A DNA stretch of 37,531 nt, taken from NCBI GenBank assembly GCA_048939765.1, contig JBHLPF010000036.1:1-37531 (forward strand). The letters run 5' to 3'. The notes beneath the pieces are model-generated. The model ran no database searches. It was given only the letters and a program-made list of their open reading frames with translations, and had not been told where the DNA came from. Source of the stretch: Promethearchaeota archaeon (lineage in GTDB: Archaea > Asgardarchaeota > Thorarchaeia > Thorarchaeales > Thorarchaeaceae). This document shows, in pieces, positions 1 to 9,069 of this stretch (positions within the stretch are counted from its first letter, which is position 1; the number at the start of each line of letters is the position of its first letter). The translations under genes and the position numbers were made by a program.

Positions 1-321
1 GAAAGCGCCGAGATTGCGATTGATTGGAGCAAAGCAAGATTGGAACCTGTAGTAGCCACCGAAAAAGTTCCATTTGACGCTGGCGAAACAAGAATAGTTC
101 CCATAAGACCAATCACGGTGCCTGCTTATGGATTAGTACTACAGTCGTTCTATGGTGCAAATGGCATGGGACATATCTCCTGCGTGGGAGCGCTTGAATA
201 CAAATCCTATACTCAAGAACGAGAAGCCAACATGGCAATGTTTCAGGCGAGACTGAAAGCGTCCGTCATGAAAGGAGATATGCTGGGACAAGTATTAGTC
301 GTCCCAGGAAAGAAAGCATAG
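1..321 (+). CDS. DUF22-like archaeal protein, 5'-truncated by window edge
   Basis: Frame is open from base 1. The EPVVA.E.V.F.AGETRIV.I.PI.VP...GH......KGD.LG pattern resembles archaeal DUF22. Confidence 0.7.
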   Translation, partial: ESAEIAIDWSKARLEPVVATEKVPFDAGETRIVPIRPITVPAYGLVLQSFYGANGMGHISCVGALEYKSYTQEREANMAMFQARLKASVMKGDMLGQVLVVPGKKA

Positions 322-339
322 CTTTCTCGAAAAGAAAAA

Positions 340-582
340 TCACTTGGTACGCTTAATGTACCATATGAGCTTGTCGCCTTTCTCAACAAGTTCAATTATC
401 TCGTGACCAGTTCTATCGGCAAAGGCAGGAAAGTCCTTCTTAGTTCCGATGTCAGTGGCGATCACTTCGAGGATCTGACCAACTTCAATTTGGCCGATCT
501 CCTTCTTTGTTTTGAGAATTGGCATGGGACACCTCATCCCCGAGGCATCAAATGTTCGTGCAACGTCGTGGGTCATAGTCAA
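340..582 (-). CDS. tusA: TusA/SirA-family sulfur carrier
   Basis: DASGMRCPMP (CPxP) motif and LEVIATD, about 80 aa. Alternative ATG start at 576. Confidence 0.93.
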   Translation of the reverse strand: MTMTHDVARTFDASGMRCPMPILKTKKEIGQIEVGQILEVIATDIGTKKDFPAFADRTGHEIIELVEKGDKLIWYIKRTK

Positions 583-611
583 AACCTGCGAGGCGGCTCT
601 GCCGAGTTTCA

Positions 612-623
612 GTTTAAAGCGTT
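612..623 (-). promoter_or_regulatory. BRE/TATA promoter of tusA (AACGCTTTAAAC on minus strand)
   Basis: TATA-like TTTAAA about 30 nt upstream of the start. A near-identical AACGTTTTAAAC lies upstream of tusD (3127-3138). Confidence 0.55.
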
Positions 624-634
624 GTGATTTGCGG

Positions 635-693
635 ATGTGCGTTTTCGCACATTCGATTAACGATTCTTAATCAACGATAGTGCGCTATCGCAC
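635..693. promoter_or_regulatory. Paired palindromic operator sites GTGCG-N4-CGCAC between divergent tusA and dsrE-operon genes
   Basis: ATGTGCG-TTTT-CGCACAT (635-652) and GTGCG-CTAT-CGCAC (680-693) flank a central GATTAA-N6-TTAATC (655-672). Confidence 0.55.
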
Positions 694-775
694 ACCCGAG
701 CCGTATTTTTTGTTCCATTTCCGACATCCTTATCAATGGAGGATTTTCCCGCCACAATCACTTGGGTGAACCAAA

Positions 776-1171
776 ATGGCAGTTTTCCAATTATTACTGT
801 TCGTCCTGTTCGCAATGGGATTCGCTACGATGTTCAGCGGATTCATGGCGGCTAGGAGAATGGGATTTATCTTAATGCCCCAGGTCATGTTGCTTATGTT
901 GGGAATGCTGGTCAGCCTCATCACTCTGATTGTGGGGATTGTGGCTCCAACATTCTCGTTGGGATTCATGGATCTGGTACAGCTACTACTCGTGATCGAC
1001 CTTGTCTTCTTTGCTCTGGCGTTCCTGCTGGAGTTCATTCAGGCTGTGCCTGTGTTAATGAAGACGATGCAGGGCGGACCAATTCACAGCTCACACATTA
1101 CAAACCTGATTGTGAGTCTCTTCCTAACTCTTGGAATGGTCTTGTACTACGCGGAGCTTGCGATTCTATGA
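776..1171 (+). CDS. Small integral membrane protein (~4 TM), probably co-transcribed with dsrE
   Basis: Four long hydrophobic stretches; 9-nt gap to the next gene. Confidence 0.8.
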   Translation: MAVFQLLLFVLFAMGFATMFSGFMAARRMGFILMPQVMLLMLGMLVSLITLIVGIVAPTFSLGFMDLVQLLLVIDLVFFALAFLLEFIQAVPVLMKTMQGGPIHSSHITNLIVSLFLTLGMVLYYAELAIL

Positions 1172-1180
1172 TGGAGATGA

Positions 1181-1552
1181 ATGAATTTGGCAGATAAACT
1201 ATACATTATTGGGCAATGGGGCCCAGAAGCGGCTGAGCGCTGCTATGGTCCATTTGTGACTGGCACTACTGCACAAGCTCAGGACATAGAAACAAGCATC
1301 TTTCTGATGATGGATGCTGTATACCTGATGAAGAAAGGTGCAGCTGAGAAGGTAAAGGCACCGGGCTTTCCGCCGCTGCCAGACCTAATCGACGCCTTCC
1401 TAGAAGCGGGAGGCAAGCTGCAGGTATGCTCAAACTCGGTTGAATTCAGAGGCATCACTCAGGATCAGCTCAGAGATCCCAGGATTGAGATCGCAGGAGC
1501 AGCCACAATGATTGATGATGCTCTAGGGCACACTCGAATAATGACCTTCTAA
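1181..1552 (+). CDS. DsrE/DsrF-like family sulfur relay protein
   Basis: ERCYGPF, IFLMMDAV, LQVCSNS..RGI and AGAA...D motifs typical of the DsrE family. Confidence 0.88.
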   Translation: MNLADKLYIIGQWGPEAAERCYGPFVTGTTAQAQDIETSIFLMMDAVYLMKKGAAEKVKAPGFPPLPDLIDAFLEAGGKLQVCSNSVEFRGITQDQLRDPRIEIAGAATMIDDALGHTRIMTF

Positions 1553-1563
1553 AACCAACATGC

Positions 1564-1596
1564 GGAGAGAACTCAGAATTAGCTCAAGTTCTCTCC
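1564..1596. terminator. Perfect 10-bp inverted repeat between convergent genes
   Basis: GGAGAGAACT-N13-AGTTCTCTCC. Confidence 0.45.
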
Positions 1597-1626
1597 AATG
1601 CAATTTCTTCTACGGATATAGTCTTC

Positions 1627-1926
1627 TCAGTCCTCGCCTTTCTCTTTTCTGAAGTAGATGTATATGGACTGATCATTATCGTCCGCAATTACACTGTACC
1701 GGATTTCATCATCCATTAGATTCACGTGAAACTTGAGCTCATCAATCGCATCATCATCTTCTTTTCGAAGATGCAGATAGTCTTTCAAAAATCCCAAACT
1801 CACAGCTACGTCTTGGTCAGCGACTTTGCCTATCATCTCTTCAAGGCGTTCTCTGACCTTCATATCAATCTGAGTATTGGATTCTTTGAGTTCTGTAATC
1901 TTCTTTGAGTGTTTTTCCCATGCCAT
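1627..1926 (-). CDS. Hypothetical acidic protein
   Basis: 99-aa ORF with protein-like composition and upstream AGGTG, downstream of dsrH on the same strand. Confidence 0.7.
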   Translation of the reverse strand: MAWEKHSKKITELKESNTQIDMKVRERLEEMIGKVADQDVAVSLGFLKDYLHLRKEDDDAIDELKFHVNLMDDEIRYSVIADDNDQSIYIYFRKEKGED

Positions 1927-2045
1927 AAGTGAGCACCTAGGCTTCTGCTATTGTCTCATTCCTTATTCAACGTTTGCGAAGGGCTCAAAAGGACCCAATG
2001 GGGGAATCTGAACATAAAGAGGAGATGCGAGCCAGCATAGCCAGC

Positions 2046-2354
2046 TCACAGTGAGATTACCTTGTCATACTTCTCCATGATTAGGTCGATTGCACCATCG
2101 TATTCAACGAGCTTGGCTTTGATCGCCAAGCGTTCATTTAATCCTCTCTCTTCAACATGATGCTTGATTGCAAACACTGGAACTCCAAGTTCCTTGATAT
2201 CGCCTGAAGTACCGCAACCCCTGTCTATGCTGTAGACTCCATCCTGAGCCAATAGAATCCCAATATCATGTCCGCCTGCCTTCAGCGCATCCACTACCTC
2301 ACTAATATCGGGACAATCATTTGTAAGCCAAATCAGAAACTTCAACATAACCAC
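2046..2354 (-). CDS. tusB: DsrH/TusB sulfurtransferase complex subunit
   Basis: ILLAQDGVY, EERGL and VEYDGAIDLI...DKVIS motifs; third gene of the DsrEFH triad. Confidence 0.85.
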   Translation of the reverse strand: MVMLKFLIWLTNDCPDISEVVDALKAGGHDIGILLAQDGVYSIDRGCGTSGDIKELGVPVFAIKHHVEERGLNERLAIKAKLVEYDGAIDLIMEKYDKVISL

Positions 2355-2355
2355 C

Positions 2356-2706
2356 TCAAAATGTAAGGATAATCTCGTTTTCAGTAAGTGCTTCTGCGAT
2401 CATTGACTCATCAGCAAGCTCGACCTCTTCGAAAATCTCCTCGGCACTGATGTTTCGTTCTTCAAGCGACCTTCTGCTGGCAAGGATTCTGCCATCGAAA
2501 TCAAGGTAGGTTGACTTGAACATCCGGAAAGGTATCACATCCGCGGATTTCAGGAGGGAGAAGACTCCATCGCCCATAAACAAAAGTAATGGCTCATGAT
2601 CCATCCCAAACATCCCCACTGCTGCTCTCCAACCCTCAAAGTTGATAATCTCACCATATGGGCGGCTGTTTACAATTATGAGCACCTTGCGTTCTGTAAA
2701 CTCCAT
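2356..2706 (-). CDS. tusC: DsrF/TusC sulfurtransferase complex subunit
   Basis: NSRPYG...EG.RAA, LFMGDGVFSLLK, SLEER and C-terminal ILTF. Confidence 0.85.
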   Translation of the reverse strand: MEFTERKVLIIVNSRPYGEIINFEGWRAAVGMFGMDHEPLLLFMGDGVFSLLKSADVIPFRMFKSTYLDFDGRILASRRSLEERNISAEEIFEEVELADESMIAEALTENEIILTF

Positions 2707-2717
2707 CCTTATTCCTC

Positions 2718-3083
2718 CTACATTCCAAATGTTATGAAGCGGTCTGCTTCGCCAACGTATTCAGCAAACTCGGTGAGCCCCGAAACCTCCACACCTTCAA
2801 TAAAATCAGATCCTCTCTGGTCAAACCCGCGAGCGGATGTACATAGACCACAGGCCTGGAACTCGGCTCCCGCGTCAGCCAGTTCTTGAAATCTGTCATT
2901 CATTGGAATGTCGGGATCAGGGTCTTGGCCCAGTTTGGCATTATTCACTCCGTCCACGAACAGGAACACCTTGACGGGATAGCCCTTCTCAAGGGCAGCC
3001 TTGGCAAGGTCATAGAATGTGTGACTGTTCTGATATGTGTACGGTGAAGTCAGGAGTAGAATTCCGAGAGTCTTTTTCTCCAA
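2718..3083 (-). CDS. tusD: DsrE/TusD sulfurtransferase complex subunit
   Basis: TSPY..Q.S....LAKAALEKG, VFLFVDGVNNA and catalytic-region CGLC..ARG; TTG start. Confidence 0.88.
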   Translation of the reverse strand: MEKKTLGILLLTSPYTYQNSHTFYDLAKAALEKGYPVKVFLFVDGVNNAKLGQDPDPDIPMNDRFQELADAGAEFQACGLCTSARGFDQRGSDFIEGVEVSGLTEFAEYVGEADRFITFGM

Positions 3084-3112
3084 GCCTAAGCAGCTCCAAA
3101 TGCTTTGTCTGG
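3058..3112 (-). repeat. Copy 1 of a diverged 55-bp direct repeat (tusD leader plus first ~9 codons)
   Basis: 46/55 ungapped identity to 5466-5520. Confidence 0.85.
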
Positions 3113-3126
3113 CCGGATGATGTGCT

Positions 3127-3138
3127 GTTTAAAACGTT
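3127..3138 (-). promoter_or_regulatory. BRE/TATA promoter of tusDCB (AACGTTTTAAAC on minus strand)
   Basis: 11/12 identical to the tusA promoter element; about 45 nt upstream of the start. Confidence 0.5.
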
Positions 3139-3603
3139 AACGCAATTGGTCACCACTCACTCTAATTCGGCTTTTTTGATTCCTTAAAAAACATAATATA
3201 AACCTCAAGCCACGAACTGAGGGATTTCCGCTCTGAAATGGCTTCAAGTCGTCGATGCCTAGACTCGATGTAGAGCACAAGATCTGTATATGCCCTTATT
3301 CTAAGAGAACTGATAGGTCTGATTCATTCAATCCTCCCCTCAAGAAACGGTAGTGAACGACCGAACAACTTATTACAAGGCTGTTAACATGTTGGAGGTT
3401 AACTTCATTAATTAGGCGTGGTTAGGCCTCATTAATAGGTTCCAGAACTTACCCATTTGAATTACAAGCAAGTCATCTGTGCCTTGACTCAATGGAGAAC
3501 GCAAGACCTGCATAGCCCCTATTTCTGAGAGACTTGGGAGAGTCTGAGTTAGGAGAGGAGAAATGTTGTGCGATTTGCATAAAGGGAAAGAGGTGAAAAC
3601 GTA

Positions 3604-4059
3604 ATGAGCGTGTCAAAAAGAGTGGGTGTAGGCCTACTAAGTATTATCTTCCTAATGGCTCTGGTCTCTGCAATGCCTGTAGAAGCCAAAACACCGATTA
3701 GATGGGATGTTTCGGCAAAGTACGTTGGTAATGCTACATGGCTTGGAGTAGTCATCGGAGAAGATGCAACCGCTGGTATCTTCAGTTCGGAGATCGTATT
3801 ATTATCCAACGGACAGAAAATGGTTTCAGATTGGTGGATCCAGTTCGATGGAGGATATATTAAGGGAACATCTCACGGGTTTTTAGTCTATGAAACACAC
3901 AACTCTTTGTTGGATGGTGGAAAATATGTCCTAAATGGAAAGGTGACAGAAACCTCTCCAGACTGGTCACATTTGAATGGAAGAAATGTGCATGTAATGG
4001 GGATTATAACCCCAATCCCGCAGACATTAATCACTGAGGCAACGATTCAGATAAACTGA
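3604..4059 (+). CDS. Secreted beta-rich hypothetical protein
   Basis: GAGGTGA RBS; signal peptide (KR + hydrophobic + VEA); alternating beta-strand pattern. Confidence 0.8.
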   Translation: MSVSKRVGVGLLSIIFLMALVSAMPVEAKTPIRWDVSAKYVGNATWLGVVIGEDATAGIFSSEIVLLSNGQKMVSDWWIQFDGGYIKGTSHGFLVYETHNSLLDGGKYVLNGKVTETSPDWSHLNGRNVHVMGIITPIPQTLITEATIQIN

Positions 4060-4087
4060 AGGAGATCCAACTAGCATTGTGAATATC

Positions 4088-4126
4088 GAGGGGTCGGCCA
4101 CTGACTGACCCCTCTTCCTATTTTTT
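4088..4126 (+). terminator. GC-rich hairpin plus T-tract terminator
   Basis: GAGGGGTCGG-N7-CTGACCCCTC followed by TTCCTATTTTTT, just after the stop at 4059. Confidence 0.65.
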
Positions 4127-4407
4127 GGATACAACACTGAGCCCCTCGGGGCCTAGCCGCAACTCTTCCAATCTTTGCTTATGCACATTTTTAGTTAAGA
4201 TTGGGCTTAAACAATCAAATAGAAGCCTCATTAGAAAGCTATTGATCACGATTCGGTCTATTTCGAGTCTCGGAGACCTTATGTCGAAGCTCCGAACATA
4301 TTATTGCTCACAGTGTTGTCATATCTATGACACATCTTCTAGACTCTCAGTTGGTCTGAGAGAACGCAGCGATTTCTTGCATTTCAACACTAATAGGAGA
4401 GGAGAGA

Positions 4408-5157
4408 ATGAGAGAGAATAGACTGAGAGCAATAGCGATGGCCATCGGGCTGTTTATTATCTTGACATTGCCCGCATTTGTGCAGGCGGAATTGGTCTGG
4501 TCAGATAGTTTCGATGATGGCACTATACCGGAAGAATGGACTACAAATGGGATGTGCTGTGCAGATGACCATTGTCTGCGAGGAACCGAGGAATTCGCAA
4601 AGGCCTGGAAGGAAAGTTCGATTGAGAGTGGTACGTGGAAATTCGATGTTATTGACATTGATGAGTGGACCATCCAGCCCGATCCGATTAGGACTCCATC
4701 CCTGAATGTGCGTTTCATGGGTACCGACCCGGATGTTTCCCCGGCGACGTACTATGAGATCTCAATCGGTTTCGCGGTCATAGAAGATATTGAAAAATAC
4801 ACGTACACCCTTACTAAGAAAAGCGAAGATGATCAAATGGCTGCCACACTAGTGTCCTACGATGGAACTTTGGAATCCAGTGCAGGAACTGTGCATCACC
4901 TTGCTGTCACACGGACCGCGGGAGGGCAGATGAGTGTCTTCCTTAATGGATCACTCACACCTATACTTCAGGCCTCCGACAACGAGCTCGCAACTGCTGA
5001 ATACTTCTATGTAGAATTCTGGCATGACTTTGCCGTCGACAATATTGAGGTCTATGATACCATTGAGGTCGGGGAACTCCCGATTGTATGGATCGCAATA
5101 GGCGCCGGCGGTGTGCTTGCAGTCGTTGTTATCGTAGTGTATCTGAAACGCCGATGA
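4408..5157 (+). CDS. Membrane-anchored surface protein with concanavalin A/LamG-like domain
   Basis: Signal peptide; WSDSFDDG start; HHLAVTR...G.MSVFLNG LamG-like motif; C-terminal TM plus KRR. Confidence 0.75.
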   Translation: MRENRLRAIAMAIGLFIILTLPAFVQAELVWSDSFDDGTIPEEWTTNGMCCADDHCLRGTEEFAKAWKESSIESGTWKFDVIDIDEWTIQPDPIRTPSLNVRFMGTDPDVSPATYYEISIGFAVIEDIEKYTYTLTKKSEDDQMAATLVSYDGTLESSAGTVHHLAVTRTAGGQMSVFLNGSLTPILQASDNELATAEYFYVEFWHDFAVDNIEVYDTIEVGELPIVWIAIGAGGVLAVVVIVVYLKRR

Positions 5158-5465
5158 TGCGTGAGGCAGAACTAGTCCAACAGGCTTGTGAATCTGGCAT
5201 GTGGCACCGTCCTATGTATGCATCTGCGTTTCAAGGAGTGTCATAAGACGAATGGGGACGAACCTTGTGGGCATATCAAGGACCACATGGTTCATCCTCT
5301 CTTTAAGTAGGACTCTTCGGGCTTTATCCCTCCATGAACAGGAATCCAATAGCGTCTTTGTTCCGGGGTCACTGAGGACAGAGATTCACAAGAGAGGGCC
5401 GTCGCGTCCTCTCTCTTCTATCCAATAGAGCTTCTCCCACAGAATGGTATTCTTGTGCAACTCTC

Positions 5466-5520
5466 AGAATGCCGAGGGTCTTTTTCTCCAAGCCTGTACG
5501 GCTCCCAAAGCTTTCTCTGG
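5466..5520 (-). pseudogene. Vestigial second copy of the tusD 5' end (repeat copy 2)
   Basis: TTG at 5491 reads MEKKTLGIL, identical to the TusD N-terminus with synonymous changes only. Similarity then stops and the frame closes after about 40 codons. Confidence 0.7.
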
Positions 5521-5666
5521 TCTGAGCATATGCCATCTAGCACATCAACCCTGAAGGAGTGTTTTGTTTTCATCATGGCGAATACTCAGTGGAAATAAGG
5601 CTAACATTGAAAAGTCCAATTGCAACCTCGACTCAATCATAGCAGGACCAAGAAGGGAGTGATTCG

Positions 5667-6734
5667 TTGTACGAGATTGACATTGAATATACTGACAAGG
5701 ATGGCACGAAACGAATCGAATTCGACCTTGAAGAAAGCGTCTTGGACTTGAGTAAGAAAGGCATCCTCAGCATCACCCTTGAGGTTCTAAAGGCCTCCCC
5801 TAATATCGAAGAGTTGCTACTCGGTGCCAACAAATTGACTGAAATCGACCTCTCCCCTCTTAGCGAGTTGAAGGATTTGAGAGTCATCAATCTCTTCAAG
5901 AATCAAATTCCAATTGTAGACTTATCGCCTCTGGAGGGCTCCATGAACCTCAAGGAGCTCAATATAGGATCTAACGAATTATCCACACTCGACCTGACCC
6001 CTCTCTCGAAGTGCGTCCAGTTGGAGAGATTGAGGCTTTTCAACAACAAGATCACGGACATTGATCTTGCTCCCCTCTCAGGTTGTTTGAATCTGACCAG
6101 CCTAGAGCTAGAGACAAATGGTTTGGAATCTGTAGACTTGACGCCTCTTGAGAAATGCCGAAACCTAACTCAGCTGAATCTCATGTATAATTCACTAGCA
6201 GAAATAGATCTAAGTCCACTGTCAGCCTGCACCAATTTGAAATTCCTATATTTGCACCAAAATGCAATCGCTTCAGTAGAACTTAGTTTCCTCTCGAAAG
6301 CGGCAGATTTCAGAATACTTCGTCTTGGAGGCAACGAGATCACTGCAGTAGATCTTGAACCGCTCTCTCGCTGCACAAATCTGAGAAGACTCGAGCTTGC
6401 AATGAATGCAATTACTGAATTGGACTTGGGACCTCTGTCAAGTTGTGTGGATCTCAGGGCTCTTGATATTGCAGGCAATCAGCTTGAGTCTATAGACCTT
6501 AGCCCGCTCTCAGAATGTGTAGCACTTGAAGAACTCTACCTACATAGCAGCCATCCGCAAGAGAATGACTTCTCGGAGTTGAATCTGACTCCCCTTTTCT
6601 CATGTCCAGAATTGGAGGATCTCGGTGTTCCTGATTCATGTGAACTCATTGCCGACGCGTCGTTAAAAACGCGAAAGCAGAAGCCATTTGCGCTTGATGA
6701 GCTCATTGACGATGGCAGGCTATCTTGGATTTAA
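5667..6734 (+). CDS. Leucine-rich repeat protein (22-aa repeats)
   Basis: About 12 repeats of LxxLxLxxNxLxxIDLxPLxxC. Confidence 0.93.
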   Translation: MYEIDIEYTDKDGTKRIEFDLEESVLDLSKKGILSITLEVLKASPNIEELLLGANKLTEIDLSPLSELKDLRVINLFKNQIPIVDLSPLEGSMNLKELNIGSNELSTLDLTPLSKCVQLERLRLFNNKITDIDLAPLSGCLNLTSLELETNGLESVDLTPLEKCRNLTQLNLMYNSLAEIDLSPLSACTNLKFLYLHQNAIASVELSFLSKAADFRILRLGGNEITAVDLEPLSRCTNLRRLELAMNAITELDLGPLSSCVDLRALDIAGNQLESIDLSPLSECVALEELYLHSSHPQENDFSELNLTPLFSCPELEDLGVPDSCELIADASLKTRKQKPFALDELIDDGRLSWI

Positions 6735-6810
6735 TGAGGATAATCCGGAGCTGCTGGCTATACAACTACCAATACACAGACTATATTTATGCAATTAGAT
6801 TCAGTGTTTA

Positions 6811-7074
6811 ATGCTCAGACCCATAAATCCACTATGGACCCCAATACATGAGAAGGACGGTATACCTGTGCCATATGATGATCAAAAGGGCAACAGCAAG
6901 GACAGGGTTGTCCAGCGCTACTCCAATTATCTAAATGGTCCGATGGGTAGAAACGTAATGGATAATGTGGAAGAGGGCGATAGTTTTGAGCTACAGACCA
7001 CCGAGTATTTGCTGCGAGTAACGAAGGTCAAAGGCAAGGCCATTGTTGACATTGTCAAGAGACTGACGCCATAA
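6811..7074 (+). CDS. Hypothetical protein
   Basis: 87 aa; TATATTTAT about 25 nt upstream suggests a leaderless transcript. Confidence 0.65.
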   Translation: MLRPINPLWTPIHEKDGIPVPYDDQKGNSKDRVVQRYSNYLNGPMGRNVMDNVEEGDSFELQTTEYLLRVTKVKGKAIVDIVKRLTP

Positions 7075-7154
7075 TCAGGCAAATCTGTTTTCTGCTGAAA
7101 CAAAGCGATTATATTCATGAAATGCAACTCGGTTTCCGCGGAGGCCTGTTCATA

Positions 7155-7802
7155 TTGGTTGTTGAAATTGATGAAGAGACTCAGATGCAAGTGCGAGAGC
7201 TCTTCGAGCCTATGGTTAATGACGTAACTATGCATGTTTTCATTGAGGCGGACAAGTGCTTGTATTGCAATGACGTAAGAAGTATGGCGGAGCAAATAGC
7301 AGATTTATCCGAAAAGATCACTCTTGAGATTCACGAAGGTTCACTGGAAGGAGGAAAGGCAGCCGAGTTTGGCGTTGAACACGTTCCAGCTACTGTTCTT
7401 CACGGGAAAGACCCTTACAAAATCAAGTTCTATGGCATAGCGGCAGGTCACGAATTTGGAGCTCTAATAGGTTCCATTGTTGACGTTTCGTTGGGAGTTA
7501 CCCAGCTACCCCCAGACATTGTTGAGGACATCAACTCTATAGACAAACCTATCCATATTCAGGTCTTCACAACACCGCAATGTCCCTATTGTCCAGGAAT
7601 GGTGCGTCTAGCAAATCAGGCGGCAATCATTAATCCACTAATCGAGTCAGACATGATTGAATCACTTGAGTTTCAAGAGCTAGCTCAGAAGTATGAGGTC
7701 TTTGGCGTACCAAAGACGATCTTCAATGAAGATGTGTCTGTTGAGGGACTCACTCCACCAGTAATGTTCATTGAGAAGTTGTATCAAGCTATTGGCGAAT
7801 AG
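7155..7802 (+). CDS. Protein disulfide oxidoreductase (PDO/AhpF-NTD-like, two thioredoxin folds)
   Basis: CLYC and CPYC active sites, GHEFGALI, VFGVPK. TTG at 7155 chosen because of the GGAGG RBS; the ORF track starts at 7122. Confidence 0.9.
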   Translation: MVVEIDEETQMQVRELFEPMVNDVTMHVFIEADKCLYCNDVRSMAEQIADLSEKITLEIHEGSLEGGKAAEFGVEHVPATVLHGKDPYKIKFYGIAAGHEFGALIGSIVDVSLGVTQLPPDIVEDINSIDKPIHIQVFTTPQCPYCPGMVRLANQAAIINPLIESDMIESLEFQELAQKYEVFGVPKTIFNEDVSVEGLTPPVMFIEKLYQAIGE

Positions 7803-7830
7803 AAGAATCGTTGCCTCATAGAGGGAGGAT

Positions 7831-8118
7831 GTGATCTTGGAGAAGCAATCCTATGTCATTATGCTGCGGCCTGCACCAGCATACGGAGAAGAGGGCACTG
7901 AAGAAATTGTTGGTGAACATTTCAGGTACCTCCAAGAGCTCCAAAAGAAGGGGGATCTTATAATGGCAGGGAGATTCAGCGAGGTATTAATCGGCCTCTC
8001 TATAATTCAGGCCGAAACACACGAACGAGCAATTGAGATTATGAAGGGAGATCCTGCAGTCAAAGCAGGAATATTCCATGCTGAACTATATCCTTGGCGA
8101 ATTGCACTTGGAAATTGA
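7831..8118 (+). CDS. YciI-family protein
   Basis: EH..YL..L...G.LIMAGR, then A..I...DPAVKAG...ELYPW. Confidence 0.85.
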   Translation: MILEKQSYVIMLRPAPAYGEEGTEEIVGEHFRYLQELQKKGDLIMAGRFSEVLIGLSIIQAETHERAIEIMKGDPAVKAGIFHAELYPWRIALGN

Positions 8119-8135
8119 GCCTCATTCTGGATATT

Positions 8136-9065
8136 TTAGTCACAATGGAATGCAAATTCCTTCTCGTTGACATACTTGTACGCTTGATACGCGGCATGAA
8201 CGCCCTCTGCAACCCCGGTGATCGCTTGCTTGAACTCAGTGTCGACAACGTCTCCAGCAGCAAAAACACCCTCAATGTTTGTACGGCTTGATCGGTCTAT
8301 GATTATTTCTCCTTTCTCATTGGTCTCAACACCAAGTTTCTTTGCTAGATCTGAGAACGGAATCCCGCCAATTGCAATGAATACTGCGTCAAGAGGGAGA
8401 GTATCAGATCCGTTGTATGGATTGTCAAGCTTGACGCCTGTGACTCTAGACTCTCCAAGAATCTCGGTCACATTCGTCTTCGGGATGATCTCGATCTTAG
8501 GTTCATTATCTATTCTTCTGGCGTTGATAGGCTCAGGTCGTATCTTCTCTCTGCGATAGATGATGTAGACCTTTGGGCAGTACTTGGCAAGGAGCAATGC
8601 TTCCTTTGCAGAACTGTCACTACCACCCACAACAGCGACATTTTTGTCCTTGAATAGAGGGGCGTCGCACAGGGCGCAGTAAGAAACCCCTTTGTTTCGC
8701 AATTCGTCATGTCCTGGAACCTCCAACTCGCGCTCTTGCATGCCTGTGGCAAAGACAACGGATTTGGCAAGGAATGTCTTGTTCGATGTGATCACATAGA
8801 AGAAGTCCTGGTCAGCCCTGAAGATATCCTCGACCTTGCCATTCTCGATTGTCACCGGATAGTCCAAGGCGTGAGCCTTGAGATTGTCTGCAAGTTCCTT
8901 ACCCGTGAGTTGGATAAAGCCTGGATAATTCGCGACATCATCAGTTAGGGTGATTGTTCCGCCATCTACATCGCCTATGACTGCCACGGAGAGGTCAAGA
9001 CGAGCTGCATACATAGCTGTGCCATATCCTGTTACTCCTGATCCAATAACAACTAGGTCGTACAT
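8136..9065 (-). CDS. trxB: Thioredoxin-disulfide reductase
   Basis: Rossmann GSGxxG, NYPG, GVSYCALCD, YRR..IR, T...GVFAAGDV and QAITG. Confidence 0.93.
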   Translation of the reverse strand: MYDLVVIGSGVTGYGTAMYAARLDLSVAVIGDVDGGTITLTDDVANYPGFIQLTGKELADNLKAHALDYPVTIENGKVEDIFRADQDFFYVITSNKTFLAKSVVFATGMQERELEVPGHDELRNKGVSYCALCDAPLFKDKNVAVVGGSDSSAKEALLLAKYCPKVYIIYRREKIRPEPINARRIDNEPKIEIIPKTNVTEILGESRVTGVKLDNPYNGSDTLPLDAVFIAIGGIPFSDLAKKLGVETNEKGEIIIDRSSRTNIEGVFAAGDVVDTEFKQAITGVAEGVHAAYQAYKYVNEKEFAFHCD

Positions 9066-9069
9066 CTTC

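Noticed and set aside
3113-3600. Long intergenic gap with CATTAAT(T)AGG twice and GTTAAC twice
   Set aside because: Motifs are too short to separate from chance; no IS ends, tRNA or att core recognised.
5160-5465. Short ORFs (e.g. 5201-5428) and possible gene debris
   Set aside because: No recognisable motifs and stops in the plausible frames. It may be a decayed gene, but this cannot be supported by eye.
5800-6600. 66-bp periodicity suggesting a repeat array or CRISPR
   Set aside because: Explained by 22-aa LRR coding repeats; no identical repeats with spacers.
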